The notes under the pieces were generated by a model. It did no database searches, was not told where the DNA came from, and saw nothing but the letters and a program-made list of their open reading frames with translations. From Bdellovibrionales bacterium (lineage in GTDB: Bacteria > Bdellovibrionota > Bdellovibrionia > Bdellovibrionales > UBA1609): a stretch of 64,000 bases of DNA. A program made the position numbers and the translations under genes. The stretch is from contig CBDCMT010000001.1 in the NCBI GenBank assembly GCA_965219095.1, forward strand, positions 1,824,001-1,888,000. Reading direction: 5' to 3'. This document shows, piece after piece, positions 26,234 through 36,843 of the stretch (position 1 is the stretch's first letter; each line of letters begins with the position of its first letter).

Positions 26234-28636
26234 TTAAAAAAGAGGCTTGCAAGAAAAGTCTTCTCCTATTTTTTTAGCAGTTTGAAGCCTTTTTCTCCAC
26301 TGAGAGTGGATTGTGGCTAACTTTTCTTCCATAGATTTAGTAAGAATATCTTTTTCTATCAAAGTTTGAATTAAATTTCCTTCTTGAAGTTTCTTCATCA
26401 CTGACCTCAATAATAAAGTCCAGATCATAGAATCTCCATGGCCTTTTTTAATCGAAATTTCCACCAATTCTATCCATTTTTTAGGGTACTTTTCAATCAT
26501 CAAGACTTTTGATAAAATATCGTTCACAATAGGATAATAAATGTTCTCGTTTCCTTTTTCAATCAAAACTTCCATAAACTTCACCCATTCTTTATGATAT
26601 TCTCGAATCACTAAGTCTTTTGACAAAACGTAATGTACAATATATTTACCGTAGCCTCTTTCAATCAAAACTTCCATAAACTTCACCCATTCTTTATGAT
26701 ATTTTTGAATTACTAAGTCTTTTGACAAAACGTAACGCAAAATATAAAAGCCGTAGCCTTTTTCAATCAAAACTTCCATAAACTTCACCCATTCTTTATG
26801 ATATTCTCGAATCACTAAGTCTTTTGATAAAACGTAACGCAAAATAGACAAGCCGTAGCCTTCTTCAATCAGAGCTTCCATAAATTTCATCCATTCTTGA
26901 TGATATTCTTGAATCACCAAGTCTTTTAATAAAATATTTTCAATAATAATAAAGATAATTTCCCTGTCTCTTATTTCGAATAAGCGCTTAATAAGAGAAA
27001 AATCCAAATACTTTAAGGGAACATCCAGTTCAAACCATTCTTGAAGGATAACTTCCCGTGAAGAATTTTTCTCTTCAATTGAATCTAAAACAATCTCTTT
27101 ATAAACATAATCTATATCCTTATCACTGACTTTACTGTTTAATAATTCACGATTTATTTTTCTTCTTAACCTTTCTAACAAACCTCTTTCTCGCTTCCAG
27201 TTTTTTTCACTTCTTTTCAAAAACTCGAAAAATCCTCTGAAACTTAGGTTAGAGCTATCAGGAATTACTCTCAATACAGCTTTGTTACGAAAAATAACTA
27301 TATCACCGTATAATGCAAAATCCGCTCCCTCTCTTGCTTCAGGGTGTACATGAAATCGAATCGTAAAACCAGTCCCGGCTCTTCCTGTTAGTCCTTTCAC
27401 TGTGTAAAAACCCTCACCATGGAAGGCATGCTCTCCGTCAGCATTTTCTCTTGAAATAAAAACATTAGGCTTTCCTTCAAGAGATCTTGTTATAATTTCA
27501 TAAGCTTCAAAGTCACTTGTTTCATGAGATACGATCTCTATTCCCAGATCCTTAGCTGTCCTTCCCTCTCCTTCTCTTATTTTTTTAGTTCTTAAAGGTT
27601 CTTTATGAAGCCAAAAAGTAAGACTTCCTTTTTCCCATTTATTTCCTCCCAGGCTTATGAGCTTTTCTTTTAAACCTAATTCATCAAGCACTCTCCAAGT
27701 TCTCTCTAGATCAGAATTTTGCATAAATAATTTTCTTACATTCATCTCCCACCAGAACTTCGCATAACCTGTTTTTAATTCTGAAGCTGAAAATTCATTT
27801 ATAATTTCTTTAATCCTTTCTAAATCTTCTTTTTTAGGCTTTAGTTCATACTGAAACATTTTAATCAAATAACGGATGACTGAAAAGATCTCAGGATTCA
27901 TACCCTCGTTGTACCTTTGAGTTTCTTTATGATTTTTTGAATCATAATAGCTTATTTCTCCTTTTAGAAGATCTTCTAAAAGGGAAGGGTTTCTGGAATC
28001 CCACTCCTTGATGCTTCTTACTACAGGATCTTTAGATTCGCTCAGTTCTATCATCATCACAGAATAAGAATCGGTATGCTGTTTTAATACATCTCCTTCC
28101 AATAAAGGTGCCTTTGGACCTCTTGATTCTCTTAAAGGCCTTACCTCCCAAGCACTTTTATTGCTATTTCCTTGAAAGTAGGGAAACTTTTTAGAGATTT
28201 CTTCTTCTAGCCTTGAGACTTTTTCCTCTGACCCCCCTTCTACGACTAAATCTATATCCTGAGTGGGAAAAAAGATCTTTGTGTAGTCGTAATCGAAATG
28301 TTCTTTTTGGGGTTTAAACCAGCCCTTGTTCTCATTTTCCTTTCGTTCTAGATCTTTTTTCACATAGTGAGCTAAACTAGAGGCTGATCCTCCTAAAAGC
28401 CAGACCCGGACTCCCATACTTTCAGCTAAGTTTTTGATGTACCGAAGTTCTGGATTTGTGAGGCGAGCTTCTTTGATAGCTTCGGTGAGTTGATCTGAAC
28501 TCACAGGAGTTTGTGAAAAAGTGAGCTGCGAGAATGAGAAAAAAACTGGAAAGCTTAAAGCAAACAAGAAGGTTTTAAAGTTCATAAAATCATATTCCTT
28601 AAAATCGTATTTATCCTTTGAAATTAACTGAAACAC
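26234..28636 (-). CDS. Probably exported 800-aa protein: nucleotidyltransferase-like N-terminus, ART-like middle, 34-aa helical repeats
   Basis: Signal-like N-terminus; VWLLGGS...DIDLVV (Pol-beta-type NTase motif); SHET...HGEGFYT; tandem repeats; C-terminus CKPLF. Confidence 0.6.
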   Translation of the reverse strand: MFQLISKDKYDFKEYDFMNFKTFLFALSFPVFFSFSQLTFSQTPVSSDQLTEAIKEARLTNPELRYIKNLAESMGVRVWLLGGSASSLAHYVKKDLERKENENKGWFKPQKEHFDYDYTKIFFPTQDIDLVVEGGSEEKVSRLEEEISKKFPYFQGNSNKSAWEVRPLRESRGPKAPLLEGDVLKQHTDSYSVMMIELSESKDPVVRSIKEWDSRNPSLLEDLLKGEISYYDSKNHKETQRYNEGMNPEIFSVIRYLIKMFQYELKPKKEDLERIKEIINEFSASELKTGYAKFWWEMNVRKLFMQNSDLERTWRVLDELGLKEKLISLGGNKWEKGSLTFWLHKEPLRTKKIREGEGRTAKDLGIEIVSHETSDFEAYEIITRSLEGKPNVFISRENADGEHAFHGEGFYTVKGLTGRAGTGFTIRFHVHPEAREGADFALYGDIVIFRNKAVLRVIPDSSNLSFRGFFEFLKRSEKNWKRERGLLERLRRKINRELLNSKVSDKDIDYVYKEIVLDSIEEKNSSREVILQEWFELDVPLKYLDFSLIKRLFEIRDREIIFIIIENILLKDLVIQEYHQEWMKFMEALIEEGYGLSILRYVLSKDLVIREYHKEWVKFMEVLIEKGYGFYILRYVLSKDLVIQKYHKEWVKFMEVLIERGYGKYIVHYVLSKDLVIREYHKEWVKFMEVLIEKGNENIYYPIVNDILSKVLMIEKYPKKWIELVEISIKKGHGDSMIWTLLLRSVMKKLQEGNLIQTLIEKDILTKSMEEKLATIHSQWRKRLQTAKKIGEDFSCKPLF
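26500..26945. repeat. 102-bp tandem coding repeat, ~4.5 copies
   Basis: ttcaatcaaaacttccataaacttcacccattc recurs at about 26558, 26660 and 26762, with a variant at about 26864. Confidence 0.9.
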
Positions 28637-29139
28637 CCAGCGTAATTATTTTTCATCATTATTATCATTTTTTATACAGTTAAGACAATTAAAAAAGTTC
28701 AACTAACTTTTTTACTATATTTTTTATAAAACTTTTGTAAATTTTATAGACTATGTCTAACAGTTAAGAGTTTATAAATATTTTCAGATAAGGAAAAAAT
28801 CAAGGTAAAAGTTGATGTTATCAAAAGGTAGTTTAAAATGTTCTTTCTGGAAAATAGAAGAAAAATCAAAAAGATATCTATGAGAATCTCTTATGACAAA
28901 GGGTTTTCTGTGGATTCTGAGGGGAGAAGTTATAAAAACAAGCTTTAAATTGTAATAGATGTTATATAGTGCTTCCGTTTAGGTTTTCAGTTTCCTAAGA
29001 TAGAGAAGTTATCAGTTATCAAAGTTTCTAATTTAGGTCTGTGTTTTCGTATTCCTCTAAAAAATTGACTTAAACTTCCCTTGAAATCGTCATAGTTTTC
29101 ATAATATCGATTCGCCGTGACCTCTTTTTTCATAAACTT

Positions 29140-31064
29140 CCTGAAATCTGTTAATTTTGGTACTAGGTTTTTATTCGGCCCTCGTAATGCGTCACATTAG
29201 TTGGAGGGGATTTTACAACTTAAAGCTGTGTGGGATTTCCCGAGTCACATTAAAAGCTTTATAAAGGCTCTTTTGCTTACCGGACAACTCTCCTAATCTT
29301 GTTTGTCCTGTGGCCAATTTATAGAACTTTAATTTGTCTAAAATTTTATAGACCTCTGTTTTTGAAAATTTCTTGTACAGATTCTTTTCTTTCATCACAT
29401 TATTTATGTGAGAGATTAAAATTAAAGCTATAAAGTTAATAAATAAACTTCCTCTCATGGTTTGTAGCGAATGAGTCCTCGCTCGCTTTTCATTTATATC
29501 ATGCTTGAAAGACAAAAAAATCTTTTCAATGCTATCTTTGTTTCTATACAACTCTAAGATCTCATCTTTTGAAAGCTTTTGATCGCAATCGGTAAGTAAA
29601 ATCAACACACCCATTTTTCGCATCTGCTTTTTAATATAATCCAAATCTTTCGAAATAAAAAAACCTCCCTTTTTCTTGACAACTGTAAAGCGCTTCTTGG
29701 CACTCTTTAAGGTTTCTGCTATGCACTCATCGCACTCTTTCTTTGTCCTAAATTTCTTCTTAGAAAATCTTCGCTCAAAACAATCCAACTTCAATAGCAT
29801 TTCATTTTTTTTAGACACCCTTCTCTTTTCATCCAAATATATATGAGCCATACAACGAGTCTTTCCAATTTTAATTTCTCGTTTGCAGTAAGAATAAACT
29901 TGACCACGGAATACAAACGAAGAGGGAATTGAATCAAGCTCCTTACTCACAGATCCCAATAAAGCATGGGATAGACTCGTACTAAAGCTCATAGGGACGA
30001 TATACGATGAAGCCTCCCTGTTTAAATCTTTTATGTTTTCTTGGCTGTAAAACCCTTTATCTAAAACAAAACACTTCAAATCTAAATCGTATTCCTTGGC
30101 TAACTGTAACACGCTCCTTAATGACACAACATCAGTAATACTGCCCGGATACAATCGATAACCCAAAGGAAGGCTTGAACTTCCTTTGCCTAAACCTTCC
30201 TTGCTCTGACTTAAAACTCCTAAATTGACTTGATCCAAAGACTCACCATCTCGATTATAACCCCTTTCTAAAAACTCATTCTTAACACCATAAGAAGATA
30301 TAGATGTAATATCAAACATAAAAACTCTGGAGCTTTCTCTGTGTACACCAACCCACTCCATAAAAAATCTCTCCACTCTCTGCTCGTCTAAACCTATAGA
30401 TAAAAGAAAATTACTTATGTCCGGTGAATTAAGACAATTCTTGGAAGAAACAAAAGATTCTTGACACCAATACGGATAAAGATAATAAGCTTCCCCCCTA
30501 ATCACTTTAAAAAAAGACAAATAAAGAACCTTCTCATATTCTTTCGGAAAAACTTTCTTTAACACCTTCACTAAATTTAATTGCTTGCTGATCTCTCGCA
30601 AAAGATGCACCCCCCCAACACCTACAGAACCTATAGGATGTTTGTTCAACTTGGCTTCAAGCTTCCCCGTAGATTGATTCTTCTTGCCCAAATAAACTCT
30701 TCTCTGACGAGATTGTTTTTTTTCTTTGTCCCAGTAACTGCTTATCTCATACACATAGATGCTTCCATTTCTTTTCTCTTCATACCTATAAGACATAGTT
30801 CAAATTGAACTATGTTTTAGGGGCTTTGTCAACTCCCTGTTGATGGCTCAAAACTCTTAACGACAGAATCAAATTTCAATCCAAAAACAGAGCCTATGAA
30901 AAACATAGCTTTAAAAAGACCTATAAAAATAGTGTGTTATAAGTTCTCCAGAAAAACTCAATGAGACTAAATTAACTCGTTCTTATGATTTATCAGGAGT
31001 ATTCTGTTGAAAAAAAACAGGCTCTTAGTCCTGAAACCTAGTACCAAAATTAACAGATTTCAGG
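29140..31064 (-). mobile_element. IS1634-family IS, complete
   Basis: 31-bp perfect IR cctgaaatctgttaattttggtactaggttt; 6-bp target duplication AAACTT. Confidence 0.95.
29213..30796 (-). CDS. IS1634-family transposase
   Basis: FDITSISSY, GYNRD, YPGSITD, LDKGFYS, YRNKDSIEKIF. Confidence 0.9.
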   Translation of the reverse strand: MSYRYEEKRNGSIYVYEISSYWDKEKKQSRQRRVYLGKKNQSTGKLEAKLNKHPIGSVGVGGVHLLREISKQLNLVKVLKKVFPKEYEKVLYLSFFKVIRGEAYYLYPYWCQESFVSSKNCLNSPDISNFLLSIGLDEQRVERFFMEWVGVHRESSRVFMFDITSISSYGVKNEFLERGYNRDGESLDQVNLGVLSQSKEGLGKGSSSLPLGYRLYPGSITDVVSLRSVLQLAKEYDLDLKCFVLDKGFYSQENIKDLNREASSYIVPMSFSTSLSHALLGSVSKELDSIPSSFVFRGQVYSYCKREIKIGKTRCMAHIYLDEKRRVSKKNEMLLKLDCFERRFSKKKFRTKKECDECIAETLKSAKKRFTVVKKKGGFFISKDLDYIKKQMRKMGVLILLTDCDQKLSKDEILELYRNKDSIEKIFLSFKHDINEKRARTHSLQTMRGSLFINFIALILISHINNVMKEKNLYKKFSKTEVYKILDKLKFYKLATGQTRLGELSGKQKSLYKAFNVTREIPHSFKL

Positions 31065-32034
31065 AAACTTCCAAAGCCTTTCTATAGGATTTAAATTCGG
31101 TGAGTACGGAGGAAGATAAACAAGTTTTATATTCAACTCTTTCGCGAACTTCTTGACAGACTTCGATCTATTGTATCCGGCCCCATCTAAGATAAGATGA
31201 ATCTCTTTTTCATCGGGATGCTTCTTGCGAAGATGATGGAGCATATCACATATAGAAACATGGTTAACTGTCTTATGACTCCTGACTACCGTCTTCAAAC
31301 TATTGATCTCAATAGCTCCACAAACATTCACTCTTTTTCTCCAGCCTGAATTGGTCTTCACTTCAAACTTCTTACCCTCTCTTATCCAACCATATGAAAT
31401 CGTAGGGCCCCACTCAGGATGTGTGGAATCAGCAAAGTAAACAGGACCGTCTTTCTTCTTAATTCTCTTGTATTTACGCACAAACTTTTCCTGCTCTTCT
31501 TTCTTTACCTTACCTGGTATCGCTGTGGCTTTTTTATAAGAAAAACCAAGGCGATGGAGAAGATCAATTACACCACTTGTTAAAGTACGTAACACCAAAA
31601 TTCTCCTCAATGAACTGAATAAGGGCCTGTGATGATGGAAAAATTCTTTTCTCTAATTCCTTTAAAAGCATTTTCTCCTCTTTCTTAGTTAAAAAGGACC
31701 TTTTAGGGTTGTAATTGTCGTTGATTAAGCACTCTATCCCACCTTTGTTATAAGGATCTCTATAGGCTCTTATCGTGCCCTCATCAATGAAAAGAAAACG
31801 GGAAATATCTTTACACAACTCACCTTTATCTAAATGGAGAATTGTCATAATCCTTTTTGCGTATTTAAGATTTTTCTCTAGAGATAGTTCATAGAGTAAA
31901 TCTTTTCGCTCTTTTTTTGATAGAAACCCTGATATATGAAACTATTTTTAAAAATAAATGACTTTTTATCAAGACCTTAGAATAAAAACTAGACCTCAAC
32001 TCAAAAAAAACGGAAAACTTAAACGGAAGGAGTA

Positions 32035-32108
32035 TATAGTGCTTCCGTTTAAGTTTTCAAGTTTTTTCTCTAAAGAATCGACCGGAAAATCTAAGCGTAT
32101 TCACTATA
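32035..32108. mobile_element. ~74-bp IS630-type miniature element
   Basis: tatagtgcttccgtttaagttttc ... gaaaatctaagcgtattcactata. Confidence 0.65.
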
Positions 32109-32622
32109 TATCTCTTATTTTTTGATAAAATCTTTTTTCACTAGAACGAATGTCACGAATTCGCTCCATAAGCTCGTCGAAATAATTAACTCCAAGGCTG
32201 TAACCGGACTTTAATCTCTCATCATTCATAGTAAAGCCTTTAACTAGATATTCATTCAATCTCTCTGTGGCCCAACGGCGAAATCGAGTTCCTGCGGAAG
32301 ATTTGACTCTATATCCGACAGCGAGAATAACCTCTAAATTGTAGTAATCAATGGCTCTTTCTATATTTCTTGACCCTTCGCGGCGAACTGTAAAGTATTT
32401 CTTTACAGTTGCCTCTCTGCTCAACTCTTCTTCATTAAAAATATTTTGAATATGAAAGCGAATGTTTTGCTTTGTCGTTTGAAATAACTTTGCCATCAGT
32501 TTTTGAGATAGCCAAACTGTTCCTTCTTCAAGTCTAACTTGTATATGGTTTTCTCCGTCTTCTGACTGATAGATCAAAATTTCTGAGTTTGTTGACTGAG
32601 GGGGCGTCTTTTTTTTTGCCAT
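32104..32622 (-). pseudogene. RhuM/virulence-family DNA-binding protein, truncated at an IS630 TA site
   Basis: TVWLSQKLMAKLF, YYNLEVILAVGYRV.S..GTRFRRWA, IRDIRSSEKRFYQKI. Confidence 0.85.
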
Positions 32623-33078
32623 ATTTTAAATTCCTAACTGCAATTCACTAGTGCAACATTTTCTCTCATCATAACCGCATAAGGTGTTAACCAGTCAAGA
32701 CATTTCATGGGCCTATTGTTAATTTCAAATTAGTGCCTCATAATGAGACGGAAAAACTCTTTATATACTAACCGTGTTTCAAAAACTCTTTTTCTAGCAA
32801 GATAAAAAGGGGGTTTTTAAAGTGTGGTAAGTATATTTCAACAAATTAAAAATAATTGGAAAAAAGTTTAAAAGATTAGGTTATTTTAAGTGAGCCAGAT
32901 TATATTTTTAAATTTTGAAGCAATACCTAAGTTTTCAACTTAGAACTCAAGAACAGAAGCTTCTGAAAAATATATAAAAGTCAAAACTCGGATTAGTAAG
33001 CTCCTTTTTGTGAGCTTACTTCTTAGATGAGTTTAACTCTTCTAATCAGAGTTTTTAAGTCCCAGCCTTTCAAAAAGG

Positions 33079-33282
33079 ATGGTCATCCATGTAAGCATAA
33101 AATCAAGGCTTACTGGAGTCATTTTGCCTCTGGTTTCGGTGATTGGACTGGTGGTAGCCACCTTTAGCTTTATTACAGGAAACCCTAACGCAAAACAGCA
33201 CATAATCTATGCCCTCGTGGGAACCGTCATAAGCTTTGGTGCTTCGTCTATCATTGATTTTATTAGGTTTACGGTATATTAA
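33079..33282 (+). pseudogene. TrbC/VirB2-like pilin, N-terminus missing
   Basis: Two hydrophobic helices joined by GNPNAKQH. Copies at 44195-44398 and a partial copy at 874-997. Confidence 0.55.
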
Positions 33283-33344
33283 TTTCATAATTCGGATTTC
33301 AGGCTAGTATGACTTCAATCACATTAGCCATGTTGGTAAAAATT

Positions 33345-33440
33345 AAAAAAGTATTTAAAAGAAAATCTGTAAGAGCAAGACTTTTATCTTAAAACAGGTC
33401 TAAAGTTAGGGATAACTGAACAATGTAGGTGAGCAGTTAC
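33345..33440 (-). mobile_element. Isolated IS66 left end (~96 bp), inverted copy of 33894-33989
   Basis: Reverse complement of gtaactgctcacctacattg...aaatactttttt. Confidence 0.9.
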
Positions 33441-33637
33441 GTTTTATCATTATTACTCAAAGCATAGAGGTCATAGATTACAAGGTCACTTGTTTTTGGA
33501 GTTCCCCAAGGATAACCTCCAACCCAATGTTTTGAGTGAATCTCAAGCTTAGGGAATTTGTCTAGTTTTAGATTGTGTTCTTTAGCAAAAAGAGTAATAG
33601 GAAGCAAAGCAACTATAAGTAATTTTATTTTCTTCAT
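33441..33637 (-). pseudogene. Exported protein N-terminus truncated by the IS66 end
   Basis: MKKIKLLIVALLPITLFA signal peptide; the stop is supplied by GTAA of the IS end. Confidence 0.55.
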
Positions 33638-33643
33638 ACACGT

Positions 33644-33877
33644 TTAATGCTCCTTATCTTTTGGTGGATTTGGATCATTTCCATAAGAATCTTTTGATCG
33701 TATTTTTCCATCTCTACCATGTGTGACTACTTCGCCTCTATCTTTTTTAGCAATCGATTTAGCTTTGTCTATAGCATTTTTTTGAGTCTTATAAATCGAA
33801 AGAACTTTGCCATTTTTTGTAGTCTTCCAACCACCATTTTTATTTTTTGAAATATGGATTTGTTTTTTGTTAGCCAT
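33644..33877 (-). CDS. DUF2188-family protein
   Basis: HISKNKNGGWK...TQKNAIDKAKSIAK...EVVTHGRDGKIRSKDSYGNDPNPP. Confidence 0.85.
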   Translation of the reverse strand: MANKKQIHISKNKNGGWKTTKNGKVLSIYKTQKNAIDKAKSIAKKDRGEVVTHGRDGKIRSKDSYGNDPNPPKDKEH

Positions 33878-34252
33878 AAAATTACCTTTCTGTGTAACTG
33901 CTCACCTACATTGTTCAGTTATCCCTAACTTTAGACCTGTTTTAAGATAAAAGTCTTGCTCTTACAGATTTTCTTTTAAATACTTTTTTCAAATGACAAT
34001 AAATAAGACCTCCATCAGAAATGAGATTGAAAATATAAGAAGTGACTTTGATAAGTTTGCAAAGAAAGGTTCTGTGCCTACTGAGATTTCTGTGATTGTT
34101 GAATCTCTCTTTAAGGTTGTGAACATTCTGATTGTTGTGCTTTTAGAAAAACAGGTTCGAAAAAATTCCAGCAACAGCGGTCTTCTCCCTAAAGGTATGA
34201 GTGGTCCTCTTCAGTATGGTGTAGGCATTAGAGCTTCCATCATCAATTTCAT

Positions 34253-35665
34253 TATACCATTTCCAAAAATTAATTCGACATTCTTTTAACGCATAGCGTC
34301 CTGGCTTTTTAATCAAACTCTGCTACATTTTTAGAGTCATGTCGAAAAAAGATTTAGTTACACAGATTCAAGGGTATGATTTTCTAGCTACTTACAAAGT
34401 GGAAAGAAGTGCCAACATCAAGATAAAACTTCAAGCTTTGCACCATATGCAAAAAGGAAAATCGATTCAAGAAACAGCAGGTATGGTTTTGTATCACCGT
34501 CACAGTATCAAATCCTGGTTACAGTCTTTTGTAGACTTTGATTACGAGGGATTGATAGATCGAAAAGGCAGAGGACGTAAACCCCGTTTGCCAGTGACAG
34601 AAGAAGAGAACTTCAAAATCAAGTTAGATGAAATTCAAGACACAAGAGAAGGAGGAAGCATAGGAGCAAAGGGAATACAGGAACTTTTAGCAGATGAATT
34701 TGACTGTTGCTATTCTCTTTCTGGGGTTTATGTTTCTTTAGACCGTCTTAATATTGTATGGATCAGTGGTCGTTCTCTTCATCCTAAAACTTCACAAGAA
34801 GCTATGGAACAGTTTAAGGAACATTTTCCAGAAGAGGTGGAGAAAATAAAGGAAAAGATTCAGACTCATAAAATAGAGATTTGGTGGCAGGATGAATGCA
34901 GAATAGGCCAGCAAGGTTCTTTAAGCAGGATTTGGGCAAGAAAAGGCACACGACCTAGAGTTGTGAGACAAAGACAATTTTTATCCACTTATATTTTTGG
35001 AGCAGTTTGTCCGGATAAAGATAAAGGCTGTGCTTGGATTTTACCGGAATGTAATTCAGGGATGATGCAAATTCACTTAGATGAGATATCTAAAAATATT
35101 CAAGAAAACTATCATGGAATTGTTTTAATGGACAGAGCCAGTTGGCATACCACAGAGACTTTGATAGTTCCTAAGAATTTATCCCTGATGCCTTTACCTC
35201 CTTATAGTCCAGAATTAAATCCCATGGAACAAGTCTGGCAACAATTACGAAGGATCAAATTATCGAATGCATGTTTTAAAAACTATGACCATATACTGAA
35301 TACTTGTTGTGAGGCCTGGAATACTTTTTGCGATCAGGAGGGCAGGATTAAAAAATTATGCACTCGATCTTGGGCAAAACAACAAGATGAATCAAGCTTG
35401 TAAATTAATTTGAACCTATAAATTAAATTGCGTAACTGATTTTTTTCATTTTACATCTTAACCTCACTTTTTTACACTTATTTTAACCCATCAATCGATT
35501 CACACAACAATAGATATACATAAAATAAACATATCTTATGAAAACTCAACCTCCCTTCAAAAAAAACTTTTTTAAAGCCTCCTAATTGAAACTTTTCCTT
35601 AAGTCAATTTTAAAATTTTAAATTTGAACATAAAAATGTCGAATTAATTTCTGTAATTGGTATTA
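34253..35665 (+). mobile_element. IS630-family element B, intact copy
   Basis: Ends tataccatttccaaaaattaattcgacat and atgtcgaattaatttctgtaattggtatta; TA target. Confidence 0.92.
34339..35403 (+). CDS. IS630-family transposase (uninterrupted 354 aa)
   Basis: WWQDECRIGQ, LMDRASWH, LPPYSPELNPMEQVW. Confidence 0.95.
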   Translation: MSKKDLVTQIQGYDFLATYKVERSANIKIKLQALHHMQKGKSIQETAGMVLYHRHSIKSWLQSFVDFDYEGLIDRKGRGRKPRLPVTEEENFKIKLDEIQDTREGGSIGAKGIQELLADEFDCCYSLSGVYVSLDRLNIVWISGRSLHPKTSQEAMEQFKEHFPEEVEKIKEKIQTHKIEIWWQDECRIGQQGSLSRIWARKGTRPRVVRQRQFLSTYIFGAVCPDKDKGCAWILPECNSGMMQIHLDEISKNIQENYHGIVLMDRASWHTTETLIVPKNLSLMPLPPYSPELNPMEQVWQQLRRIKLSNACFKNYDHILNTCCEAWNTFCDQEGRIKKLCTRSWAKQQDESSL

Positions 35666-36568
35666 TAGTTCAGATGCTGTCTTTTCAACGTGTTGGGGAA
35701 CATTACATGGGGCTTATAGGTCGAATGATTTCTCCTGCAGTTATGTTGAGATACATTGCTGAATTAGGAGAGTTTCTTAAAAGTTGGGAAGAGCAGATGA
35801 AAGAAAAGATACTTGAATCAGAGGTCATTCATGTTGATGAGACCTCTATGAGGGTTAAGGGTAAAAACTACTGGATTCATACTTATAGTTCAGGAGAATT
35901 AGTCTTGCAGTTTCTCCACCTTTCAGGTGGAAGGGAAGCCATAAAAGATATTGGTCTCTTGGATAGATATGCAGGAGTGCTTGTGCATGATTGTTGGAGT
36001 CCTTACTTTTGTTATGATAAGATAACTCATGCTTTGTGTGTGGCTCACCTTTTGAGAGAGCTTAAATTTATAGAAGAAAGCAATGGATTCAAATGGGCTA
36101 CAAATCTCAAAAAACTTCTTAAAGAGACTGTGGAGTTAGTTCATAAAAAAGAGTCAAGAGTTCTGACTCAAAAAGAGTACGAAACTCTTCAGAGAAGGTA
36201 TAGGAGTATTCTTACAAAAGGCTTAAAAGAGCTTCCAGAATTTCCTAAGAAAAATGGCAAGAAAGGACGAATAAAGCATACACAAGCTCAAAACCTTTGG
36301 CTGCGATTTAAAAAGTATGAAGCAGAAATACTGTGTTTTGCTAAAAGAAAGAACGTAGATCCTACTAATAACAGAGCTGAAAGAAATCTAAGAATGACTA
36401 AGGTGAAAAAGAAAGTGTCAGGGTGTTTCAGAACAGAAGAAATGGCGAAATATTTTTGTCGTATTACCAGCTATGTTAAAACAATGAGAAATAGAGGGTA
36501 TTCTTCTTTAGAAGCCATCTCTATGGCTTTAAATAAAAACTTACGAGAGTGAGCAGTTACCTTTCTGT

Positions 36569-36793
36569 TTAATATTGAAATTTATAAACATACCAATATC
36601 ATGTTCTAAGCCAGCTCCTCCAGGCGAAGAATGACACTCATTCATGTTCTTTAGCCAACTCATCTTCTATGGTTTGGGTCTCAGATTTTGAGTCGTAAGG
36701 TCCGTACGTCTCCCAGTTCCTAAGTCGGGGTGTTTTGTTTCCTACTCCTCTCTTCTCCTTTTTGGGTTTGTTGTGATTCTACTCTGCAAGGCA
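36569..36793 (-). pseudogene. Small GIY-YIG-like protein pseudogene
   Basis: MPCRV then frameshift to ITTNPKRRREE*...NWETYGPYDSK...CHSSPGG...WYVYKFQY; paralogous to 38262-38438. Confidence 0.45.
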
Positions 36794-36843
36794 TAAAAAT
36801 TTCTCCTTTACTTCTTTTATAATAATCGTGAGAATATCCATAG

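Larger units (their letters stand above)
28965..32036 (-). mobile_element. IS630-family element A, interrupted by IS1634
   Basis: Ends tatagtgcttccgtttaggttttcag and gaaaacttaaacggaaggagtata. Transposase pieces at 31564-31848 and 31050-31610 (LILDGAGY, LPPYSPNLNPIERLW); the remainder is at 28990-29139. Confidence 0.9.
32104..33354. repeat. Segmental duplication, near-identical to 43220-44470
   Basis: Identical RhuM and pilin ORFs and intergenic DNA. Confidence 0.95.
33894..36560 (+). mobile_element. IS66-family element, internally deleted and interrupted by IS630-B
   Basis: IR GTAACTGCTCAC; 8-bp target duplication CTTTCTGT. Transposase pieces at 33993-34252 (KNSSNS) and 35674-36552 (HVDET, CVAHLLREL, TNNRAERNLR). 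Confidence 0.92.

Noticed and set aside
24581..28750. Duplicated 800-aa gene region as a DGR template/variable repeat pair
   Set aside because: No reverse transcriptase in the window; the duplication spans over 1 kb including upstream DNA, and differences are not confined to adenines.
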